DNA of 64,000 nucleotides, taken from positions 76,490 to 140,489 of IMG/VR virus record IMGVR_UViG_3300036715_001290. One strand, 5' to 3'. This document shows, one piece after another, positions 55,989 through 64,000 of this stretch. A program made the position numbers and the translations under genes. Source of the stretch: a virus. Each line of letters starts with the position of its first letter. Position 1 is the first letter of the stretch. The notes under the pieces are model-generated. The model ran no database searches and was not told where the DNA came from. It saw only the letters and a program-made list of their open reading frames with translations.

Positions 55989-56921
55989 ATGAAAACAGTT
56001 AAAGTAAAAATACTTAGAGGCATCCCCGCCTCAGGAAAATCTACATATTCTAAAGAATTATGTAAAAATGGGTGGGTACGAATTAATAGAGATTCACTCA
56101 GAAAAATGTACAGTGCCGATTTAATCGTAGATTTTAACAAATCTAAGGAAAATCTCATTAAAGAATTGAGATGGAATTGCTTAGAATTGTTTGTTTCTAA
56201 TGGCAAAAATACAGTAATTGATGATACAAACATTGATACTTCTGTAATTGGTGAGACATTAAAAAAATGTCATCAAATTGCGGTTAAGTATAAAATTAAT
56301 GTTGATGTTTCAATTGAAACACTTGATATTGAACTTGATGAAGCTTTAAGACGTAATTCATTGCGTGAAGGGGAAGCAAATGTTCCAAAGATAGCAATAG
56401 AATATTTCTATAATAAAATGGCTACATCAAAACACATATATCCTGATAGAGAATCTACTTTACTTACTCCATTTGAAAAAGCAATTAACAATTATTCAGG
56501 TTTGCGTAAAGCATTTATTTTTGACATTGATGGTACATTAGCATTAATGAATAATCGCTCCCCATATGATTTTAAGAAAGTTGATACGGATCTTCCTAAT
56601 GGTTCAGTACCTATGATAGCTAGGATGTTAAAAGATAATCATGATTATTTTTATGATATCATAATTCTTAGTGGTCGTGATGATTCTTGTGAAGATCTTA
56701 CAAGAAAATGGTTAACTGATAATAATATTCGTTATGATCATTTATTTATGCGTAAAACCGAAGATAATAGACCTGATGATATTGTTAAACATGAAATTTA
56801 TAAAAATAAAATTGAAGGTAACTATACAATATTGGGTGTCTTTGATGATAGAAATCAAGTTGTAAATATGTGGAGACAAATTGGTTTACAATGTTTCCAA
56901 GTTGCGGATGGAAATTTCTAA
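55989..56921 (+). CDS. pseT: Polynucleotide 5'-kinase/3'-phosphatase (T4 PseT-like)
   Basis: GIPASGKST, NRD and DDTN; HAD motifs DIDGT, SGR and FDDR. Confidence 0.93.
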   Translation: MKTVKVKILRGIPASGKSTYSKELCKNGWVRINRDSLRKMYSADLIVDFNKSKENLIKELRWNCLELFVSNGKNTVIDDTNIDTSVIGETLKKCHQIAVKYKINVDVSIETLDIELDEALRRNSLREGEANVPKIAIEYFYNKMATSKHIYPDRESTLLTPFEKAINNYSGLRKAFIFDIDGTLALMNNRSPYDFKKVDTDLPNGSVPMIARMLKDNHDYFYDIIILSGRDDSCEDLTRKWLTDNNIRYDHLFMRKTEDNRPDDIVKHEIYKNKIEGNYTILGVFDDRNQVVNMWRQIGLQCFQVADGNF

Positions 56922-56922
56922 A

Positions 56923-57560
56923 ATGAATATCAAAGAAAATATTAAAGATTTTGTTTCACAGGAAGATTGGTTATTTACAACTTTTGTGGCATTATGTATT
57001 TTATTTGCTTTAATAGCATCTGGTTTTATTTTGATTGTTTTCATAATGTTATTTTTTGATTGGTTTCAGAAATATATAACTAAAAAGGTTACTACTTGAG
57101 ATCCGTTGAATTAAAAAAACGTGGAGTTGATGGTTGTTATTTTATATATGAAGGATCAACTGAAGTTATGAATACTGATGGTTTACGTAACTTGAGAGCC
57201 TTCATAGATAAATGTATTCGTTATGATGATTTTTGGAATGAACGTATAAAATATTATGAATCAAGTTATTTTGATTTATCATCAGATACTAATTTATATT
57301 ATATTGAAAATTATTCGCAACTTTATAATAACGAAGTTTCTAATGAAGCCGTATATGATTTATTATTAACTGATATCATTAATGCTAAAATAGCAGACCA
57401 AGTCACAATAGAATTAGAACCTGATAAAAAACATATTTTTATTAAATGTCATACATTAAAAGCAGCAATATTATTTTATAATTTTAATTATAAACATTAT
57501 ATAGCACCACAATTAAAAAAAATAAAAGAGAATAATAATGAATTTAGAAGTTTTAGATAG
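56923..57560 (+). CDS. Two hypothetical ORFs (56923-57099 membrane; 57096-57560)
   Basis: Coupled ORFs between PNKP and the RNA ligase. Confidence 0.5.
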
Positions 57561-58596
57561 TTACGTAGAAAAAGGATTAATAAATAAAGTTAGACATTAT
57601 GAATTGCCACTTTATTTATATAACTATTCTCGTGAATGTCAATTCGATAAAAAATGGGATATGTTTACTAAAATGTGTAGAGGATTAGTACTCGACTTTG
57701 ATGGTAATATAGTTTCTCGTCCATTTGATAAGATCTTTAATTTTGAAGAGTTGGATGGTACTTTTTCTAGAATACCTAATGAGGATTATGAAGTTTATGA
57801 TAAATATGATGGTTCATTATTAATAGTATCAATTTATAATGATAACTTATTAGTTCACACTCGTGGCTCTTTTGCAAGTGACCAGAGCATCATTGGTTTG
57901 GATATGATAAACAATAATAAGAACCTTAAAAATTATATCTTAGCAAATCCTAAATTAACATTTTTATTTGAAATTATATATCCTGAGAATAAAATTGTTT
58001 TGGATTATGGTGATTCAAAAATGTTAGTATTGTTGACAACTATAAATAAAATTACAGGTGAAGATAAAATTCCTTATGATTTTATTGGTTGTAATACTGT
58101 TAATCCATTACCTAAAATGTCCTTTAAGGAATTAAAGTCATTGAATTTAACTAACAAAGAAGGTTTTGTTATAAAGTTTACTCCTTCAAATTTTAGAATG
58201 AAAATTAAATTTGAAAATTATATTGAGTTACATAGATTACGTTCAAACTTTTCAATGAAAACCATGTTCGATGTTTTATATACTCAAGGTTGGGATGCTT
58301 TATGGAAATCATGTACAGAGTTACCTGATGAGTTTTATAAACAAGCTCAAACCTATGCAAATTTATTTGGTGCTTTATATGATGAAATTTCAATAACATC
58401 TGAAAATGATTTTAATGAAATTATGAATTTAGTAAATGGAAATGAAGTTTTTAATAGGGCTTCATTTGCAATGCTTGCTAAAAATAAAAGATATCCATCA
58501 GTTTTATTTGCAATGTTAGATAAAAGAGATATAAATCAATATGTCTTAGGTATAATTAAACTAATGATTAAAGATTTGGAATATAAAAAACAATGA
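57538..58596 (+). CDS. rnlA: RNA ligase 1 (T4 RnlA-like)
   Basis: CRGLV, RPFDK.FN, KYDGSL, TRGSF, FEIIYP.N.IV, EGFV and KIK..Y..LH. Confidence 0.9.
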   Translation: MNLEVLDSYVEKGLINKVRHYELPLYLYNYSRECQFDKKWDMFTKMCRGLVLDFDGNIVSRPFDKIFNFEELDGTFSRIPNEDYEVYDKYDGSLLIVSIYNDNLLVHTRGSFASDQSIIGLDMINNNKNLKNYILANPKLTFLFEIIYPENKIVLDYGDSKMLVLLTTINKITGEDKIPYDFIGCNTVNPLPKMSFKELKSLNLTNKEGFVIKFTPSNFRMKIKFENYIELHRLRSNFSMKTMFDVLYTQGWDALWKSCTELPDEFYKQAQTYANLFGALYDEISITSENDFNEIMNLVNGNEVFNRASFAMLAKNKRYPSVLFAMLDKRDINQYVLGIIKLMIKDLEYKKQ

Positions 58597-59363
58597 CATC
58601 CAACTTTAATGATAAAGTTTTAGCATATGGTATATTTCAACATATCTTTGATATAGATGCTGATGATACTAATCTACTTTCAGCATCTTTCATTTTACCA
58701 TGTTTTCTTAATTATGATAAATATGTTTTAACAACCAATACTAAAGACTTGTCACTTCTTATTAAAACTGCACAATTATTTAATATATGTACAAATGATT
58801 TTGGAATTAAAACTGCACAAGTAATGAAGTATGGTAATATAGATTATAAAATATTAGAATCTACATGTTGGTCATATTATAATTGTGAAGATAAATCATT
58901 ACAACCTATAAAAATAAAAAGTGCAATTAATAATGTATTAGGTGCAGCAAATATACCAATGTCACAAACAAAATATAAACATTATAAAGTATTTGTGTCA
59001 TATGCTAAAACTGATAATAAAGATATTATAGATGAAATATTTGATGATTCTGAAAATTATTTGAGCGAATATAATGTAGGATTAGGTACTAAAAAATCTT
59101 CAGGAACTATCATATATGATACATATAAAAATGAATGTCATACAAATTGTGGTGTTAGTTTAATAGATGTACCTGGGTTTGGTAGGATTCCTGAAACTAT
59201 TAATATAGATCCTAATAAAAACTTTAAAGTACCATCTTTAATTAAAGAACAAGTTATGAAAGTATATCAATTGTATAAATCAAATAGTATACTTGATGAT
59301 TTAGAAAAGTTAAATGATAGAGAATTAAAAAATAAATATGAAAGATTTATAGGTAATATATAA
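58593..59363 (+). CDS. Hypothetical protein (C-terminus shared with the next gene)
   Basis: 256-aa ORF. Confidence 0.65.
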   Translation: MTSNFNDKVLAYGIFQHIFDIDADDTNLLSASFILPCFLNYDKYVLTTNTKDLSLLIKTAQLFNICTNDFGIKTAQVMKYGNIDYKILESTCWSYYNCEDKSLQPIKIKSAINNVLGAANIPMSQTKYKHYKVFVSYAKTDNKDIIDEIFDDSENYLSEYNVGLGTKKSSGTIIYDTYKNECHTNCGVSLIDVPGFGRIPETINIDPNKNFKVPSLIKEQVMKVYQLYKSNSILDDLEKLNDRELKNKYERFIGNI

Positions 59364-60097
59364 TGTTTACAGCATATGCAGTAGATTATACAAATAGAAC
59401 AAATTCATCAGACCAAATTAATGTATTTTGTTTTCCATTAAGATTAGAAGAATGTGATATTGATTTACACATCCAAGATAATGGTGATTATGTTGCATCA
59501 TTAAATAATTTTGGTTTAGATAAGCTTTTAGATTTGAAAGACTTATCTAAATATAAAATACGATTATATAAAATAGTTAATAATAACGTACCATTTTCGG
59601 TTCATGCATTTGAATTATTATTTAATGATACTAAAACATCAGTACAATATGTTAACTGGGATACTTATGTAAGATCTAGGGATGTTGCAGTACAGTATAA
59701 AAATATAAATTTAACAAATGAAAATAATGATACTTCTGAAAAAATAGAAGTATTTATTAAAACCGATTTTAATTTTATAAGTGATCCTAACATTCGTAAG
59801 AATGAGGTTAATTGTGTTAACAATGATAATGTAGGTACTATTATTAGATCATTAGTTGATGAATTATGTGTACATGTTTTTAATAAGGAATCTATTGATA
59901 TTCCAATTAATATATTTAATGAAAATTCTGAATTTGAAACCGAAGATGATTATGATGAAAATTTTAATCCATTACATGTAGCAATGCAAAAAATATATGA
60001 AATGTATAAATCACCATCAATATTAAATGATATTAATACAATGTCAGATGAACAATTAGCAACAAAATATAATAGATATCTTGGGAATTTATTATAA
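59363..60097 (+). CDS. Hypothetical protein (C-terminus shared with the previous gene)
   Basis: 244-aa ORF. Confidence 0.65.
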   Translation: MFTAYAVDYTNRTNSSDQINVFCFPLRLEECDIDLHIQDNGDYVASLNNFGLDKLLDLKDLSKYKIRLYKIVNNNVPFSVHAFELLFNDTKTSVQYVNWDTYVRSRDVAVQYKNINLTNENNDTSEKIEVFIKTDFNFISDPNIRKNEVNCVNNDNVGTIIRSLVDELCVHVFNKESIDIPINIFNENSEFETEDDYDENFNPLHVAMQKIYEMYKSPSILNDINTMSDEQLATKYNRYLGNLL

Positions 60098-60345
60098 TGG
60101 ATGAATTGTTTGTAATATTTTCATATGCAATATTAGCATGTATATTTTTAGTAATATTTTTAATATGTTCATCTTACATATATTATAGTATGAAATCTAA
60201 AGATGAAGTAAAAAGAAATAATATAACTAGAGAACGTATATCTCGTACGATATATAAAACTCCAAAACCATTAACACCACTTCCTGTTAATAAACCTTAT
60301 GTTGCTCCAGTTAGACGACCTAGACCTGATATAAGATGGAAATAA
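60097..60345 (+). CDS. Small membrane protein
   Basis: N-terminal TM helix and a Pro-rich tail. Confidence 0.6.
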   Translation: MDELFVIFSYAILACIFLVIFLICSSYIYYSMKSKDEVKRNNITRERISRTIYKTPKPLTPLPVNKPYVAPVRRPRPDIRWK

Positions 60346-60417
60346 AACTCAATTGACATTTGGTAAATAAATAGTTATATTATACTATACAAATTAAATA
60401 AATAAAGGTAAAATAAA

Positions 60418-60930
60418 ATGGAAATTCTTAACGCAAAGGAAGAGTTCATTTTCAAAAAAATAGATGGTACTATAATCGGCGATGTTGCTGTTTATATTAA
60501 AGACTATCTTACTATCAATAAAGATAAAGAATATTCAATTGCAATTGGTACTGATTCTCAAAGATCACGTAAAGGTCGCAAGTTAGCATTTGTTACTGCA
60601 ATTTGTTTAAGAGAAATTGGACATGGTGGTCATATCATATCTTCACTAACTAAACCATATAACTCTAAGATAGATGATAGGTTTAGATTATGGCAAGAGG
60701 TAGAATGTACTATGGCCGTTGCCAATTATCTTAGAGATGAAGGTGTATTTGAATTATTTAGAAATGTAGTAGAGTTTCACGTAGATTGTAATCCTAAAGA
60801 TTCTGAATTTAGTAATGCAATTTATGCACCTGCTCAAGGATATGTTAACTCTATGGGTTTTAGATTTGTATCAAAGCCTGATGCATATGCTGCATCAACA
60901 GTTGCTGATAAAATAGTAAAAAACAAGTAG
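60418..60930 (+). CDS. RNase H-like YkuK (DUF458) family protein
   Basis: IGTDSQ, G.GG, RLWQE, HVD.N and KP.AYAAS.VAD. Confidence 0.85.
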   Translation: MEILNAKEEFIFKKIDGTIIGDVAVYIKDYLTINKDKEYSIAIGTDSQRSRKGRKLAFVTAICLREIGHGGHIISSLTKPYNSKIDDRFRLWQEVECTMAVANYLRDEGVFELFRNVVEFHVDCNPKDSEFSNAIYAPAQGYVNSMGFRFVSKPDAYAASTVADKIVKNK

Positions 60931-61019
60931 AATATTTGAAAATCAAATAATATTTATTATAGGTATGCTTAAGGTGTACCTATAATAAATTAATTTTTAA
61001 GTTACAAAAGGAGTTATAT

Positions 61020-61595
61020 ATGCAAAATATTGGTATAATTGAGGTTGGTGGAAATTCATATGATAAAAATTTAATTTTTTATTATGATACTAATACTAAA
61101 CCTTATAAAGATACTTTTGGTTATGATTGGGAAAAACATATTCCTAATAAACCATCATGGCCTGATTGGTCAAAACCTTACAAATATCCAACACCTAATT
61201 ATAATGAATTTTTAGATGCTATTAAAAAAATAGCAAATAGTGAATTTTATAATAACCTAAAGGTTGATATTGTAAATGATGTTTTAGAAACCGTTGTTTA
61301 TGCAGAATTACCTTATGCAGATAAGGATTCAATTAAGGTTAAAGTATTAAATGATGAATTAACTATTAGCGCAAATAAAAAATTACCAGTCTATGAAGAT
61401 AGCAAGTCCGATAAGATAGTTCGTATATGTGAAAGAAAATCTGCATCATATAATAGAACTTTACCTTTAGTAAAAGATACTTTCAAATATGATAAAATTA
61501 CAGTATCATATGAAGATGGTTTACTTACAATAACAATTCCAAAAACAAACAAAGCGGTAGATCGTCAAACAGAACGCATATTTACTGTTAAATAA
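61020..61595 (+). CDS. Small heat shock protein (Hsp20)
   Basis: AELP, LTISA, ER...Y.R.L.L and YEDGLLTITIPK. Confidence 0.85.
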   Translation: MQNIGIIEVGGNSYDKNLIFYYDTNTKPYKDTFGYDWEKHIPNKPSWPDWSKPYKYPTPNYNEFLDAIKKIANSEFYNNLKVDIVNDVLETVVYAELPYADKDSIKVKVLNDELTISANKKLPVYEDSKSDKIVRICERKSASYNRTLPLVKDTFKYDKITVSYEDGLLTITIPKTNKAVDRQTERIFTVK

Positions 61596-61601
61596 TTTAA
61601 T

Positions 61602-61628
61602 GGGAGTACTTAAGTACTCCCTTCTTTT
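61602..61628 (+). terminator. Rho-independent terminator
   Basis: GGGAGTAC-TTAA-GTACTCCC followed by TTCTTTT. Confidence 0.85.
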
Positions 61629-61865
61629 AATTAAATAGGTTACCAAAATGAATATAACTATAAATCAAAATGGATTAAAATCTGAAGTTATTTTATCTAA
61701 TAAGATAAAGGTGGTTAATATGTTAACTGATGAATATTCCGAATTGGATGTTCTTGGACCTGATGAAATATATGCGGGTTGGGTTACATTAGAACAATAT
61801 AATGAAATTCAAAGTTTTTTATATAATGAAGTTGAATCAGGTATGAGACGGGATGGATTAAATAA

Positions 61866-62113
61866 ATGAAAATTAATTCACTAAAGACATTAAAACTAAA
61901 GAATGATATTGAAATTGGTATAGAGATAGATGGTCAAGGTTGGATAGCTAGCCTAACTGAATATGGTCTTTATTATTTTGGTAAAATATTGACGATGCTA
62001 TTAATGGTTTAAAAGAATCTATAGAAGATACGTATTTTGATTTAGTTGAAGATGAAGAATTAAATAATTCTTGGAAAGTATTTGTTAATTTTATAAAAAA
62101 TAATATTGAATAA
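61866..62113 (+). pseudogene. HicB-like protein gene with an apparent frameshift
   Basis: MKINSL...DGQGWIASLTEYGLYYFGK continues as NIDDAINGLKESIEDTYFDL... if one A is added at GGTAAAATATT (~61985). Confidence 0.5.
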
Positions 62114-62544
62114 TGAAAAATAAAACGTTAGAACAAATTGTATTGGATGTTGAACTATTTAGATCACTAACTGAAGAAACATATTTAGAATATTCTGATT
62201 ATGAAGATGATAATCCTATTAATGTTGAATTACAAAAATGGCAACAATTGTCTAGACAATTACGAGATAAAGATAATGAAAAACATTTTGAACAGTATTA
62301 TGTCGTTTTAAGAAGATTATCCGATAAAAAGAAATTCTTTTGTACTTGTTATGAAGGTCCATATGTTGATGATGATTGGTATACCAATAAAAACGATAGA
62401 TTATTAACAGAACTAGATAGTGATGATGATTATGTAGTAGAACGTCATTTTCTTTCTAAAGATTTAGATAAGATAAAAAATTCAAAATTAGATTATGAAA
62501 AAAGATTCAAAAAATTATGGAAGTTGGTAGATTATAATGTGTAG
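62113..62544 (+). CDS. Hypothetical protein
   Basis: 143-aa ORF. Confidence 0.6.
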   Translation: MKNKTLEQIVLDVELFRSLTEETYLEYSDYEDDNPINVELQKWQQLSRQLRDKDNEKHFEQYYVVLRRLSDKKKFFCTCYEGPYVDDDWYTNKNDRLLTELDSDDDYVVERHFLSKDLDKIKNSKLDYEKRFKKLWKLVDYNV

Positions 62545-62752
62545 TTTTAGAAGTAACCCGACATTAAAGGAACGTTTAGAAGATCATTGGGAAGATCATT
62601 GGAGATTATACTTATGTATACCTTTAATATATCTAATGTTTTATTTTGGATTTGTTATTGAAAAATTAGTTCCACTTTGGTTTTCAATTCCTACTGGAAT
62701 TATAGGATTTATAACACTTATTATATTATTTGGAGAATGGTTACAAAAATAG
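62537..62752 (+). CDS. Small two-TM membrane protein
   Basis: Two hydrophobic segments; ends in a TAG that abuts the next ATG. Confidence 0.6.
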   Translation: MCSFRSNPTLKERLEDHWEDHWRLYLCIPLIYLMFYFGFVIEKLVPLWFSIPTGIIGFITLIILFGEWLQK

Positions 62753-63832
62753 ATGAAAATATATCAAAGTAGAAACCTAAATGATATTGGTTTAATACCA
62801 AGGGAATTATCATATATAAAATCAAGAAGTGATATTGATTTATCACAAAGAATTTGTAATACAAATTTAAGATTACCAATAATTGCTTCACCTATGGATA
62901 CTGTATGTAATAGTACTATGGCAATTGAAATGCAAAAGTTAGGTGGAGTTGGAATTATACATAGATTCCAAACCATAGACAACCAATGTGAAGAATTAAA
63001 AATTGCTCTTGATAAAACTGGCTATATTTCATCTGCATTTTATTTCCATCCACCTGAGAGTGTTAACATTGGTGTTGCTGTTGGTATTAATAATGATTCA
63101 GAAGAAAGATTACATGCATTAATAGAAACATTTAATAATAATAAACATACATTTAGTACAACACTTTGGATATGTTTTGATACCGCTAATGGATTTAATA
63201 TTAACACTGGTGAATTTATTAAACATTTTTTGTGTAGTAAATTATATGATAGTAATAGGCATATTATTATAGCAGGAAATGTTTCATCCGAAGAAGGATT
63301 TAATTATCTTAGAGAAATTGGTGTAAATATAATTAGAGTTGGAATTGGTACGGGTTCCGTTTGTACAACTTCATTAGCAACTGGAGTTTCATTTGGTGCT
63401 GTGGATATGTTAGCCGAAATAGTTCCACATAAGATTGAAAATGAATGTTATATAATGTTAGATGGTGGACTTAAAACAAGTGGTGATATTGCAAAAGCAT
63501 TAGCACTTGGTGCAGATTTAGTTATGTTAGGTGGAATGTTAGCCGGATTTGATGAATCTCCTAATAAATATATCTTAGGAGATATGGTTTATAGAGGAAT
63601 GGCTTCATATGATGCTACACAAGAATTAAAAAATATTCATGGTGAAACTACATATAAAAACCCAGAAGGCAAATCAATTACAATTGAACCTAAAGGTAAA
63701 CTTGCTCCATTTCTTAAAGATATTGATTATGGTATAAGATCATCATTATCTTATATGGGATGTAAAAATATAAAGGAATTTCATGATTATTTTATTGCAT
63801 ATCCCGATGCAATAGTAGGTATAAATCATTAA
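62753..63832 (+). CDS. IMP dehydrogenase/GMP reductase family protein (no CBS domains)
   Basis: PIIASPMDTV, GIIHRF, DTANG, AGNV, VGIGTGSVCTT, DGG, MLG.MLAG, YRGMAS and EG. Confidence 0.9.
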   Translation: MKIYQSRNLNDIGLIPRELSYIKSRSDIDLSQRICNTNLRLPIIASPMDTVCNSTMAIEMQKLGGVGIIHRFQTIDNQCEELKIALDKTGYISSAFYFHPPESVNIGVAVGINNDSEERLHALIETFNNNKHTFSTTLWICFDTANGFNINTGEFIKHFLCSKLYDSNRHIIIAGNVSSEEGFNYLREIGVNIIRVGIGTGSVCTTSLATGVSFGAVDMLAEIVPHKIENECYIMLDGGLKTSGDIAKALALGADLVMLGGMLAGFDESPNKYILGDMVYRGMASYDATQELKNIHGETTYKNPEGKSITIEPKGKLAPFLKDIDYGIRSSLSYMGCKNIKEFHDYFIAYPDAIVGINH

Positions 63833-64000
63833 CTTATATTCATGGTATATTTATATGAATAATAACAATTACTACATTTTACATCATCTAATGAACCTTG
63901 GATGACATATAAAAGAGAATATGACTGAAGTTGAAAAGATCCTAAACTATTTAAGAACCGAATATATTGATAATAAAATTGATGTTATAGATGCAGATTT

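Noticed and set aside
1-64000. Genome-wide TAG reassignment (code 15)
   Set aside because: Long conserved genes are uninterrupted under code 11 and several end at TAG at expected lengths. Only one internal TAG was found.

Overview
This is a very AT-rich, almost entirely + strand segment of a large (jumbo, T4-like replisome) dsDNA bacteriophage genome. Coordinates ~1-13.6 kb hold replication and nucleotide genes: gp41/DnaB-type helicase end, QueC-like protein, class II RNR, DinG-like helicase, family B DNA polymerase, clamp and clamp loader. ~13.6-23 kb is a putative DNA hypermodification cluster: GatZ-like epimerase, cupin, nucleotidyltransferase-kinase fusion, dUTPase, dNMP kinase, KdsC-like HAD, BGT-like glycosyltransferase, C5 methyltransferase, T4 gp42-like dCMP hydroxymethylase and dCMP deaminase. 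~23-32 kb holds a nuclease and several glycosyltransferases. ~32-55.6 kb is a large translation-support island of about 60 tRNA and tRNA-like genes, including an amber (CUA) tRNA, three tRNAs with a displaced D-loop and anticodon-less mimics. The island also carries a ~210-nt minimal RNase P RNA, a tmRNA, several unexplained structured RNAs and a Pth2-like gene interrupted by TAG. ~52-64 kb carries RNA repair enzymes (HNH-RNA ligase, PNKP, Rnl1), Hsp20 and IMPDH/GMPR. The top candidate new system is a 24-codon leader peptide plus terminator/antiterminator at 47161-47301 whose codons match the anticodons of the downstream tRNA block, consistent with an attenuator that senses tRNA depletion. All RNA calls and folds were made by eye, and boundaries may be off by a few nt.
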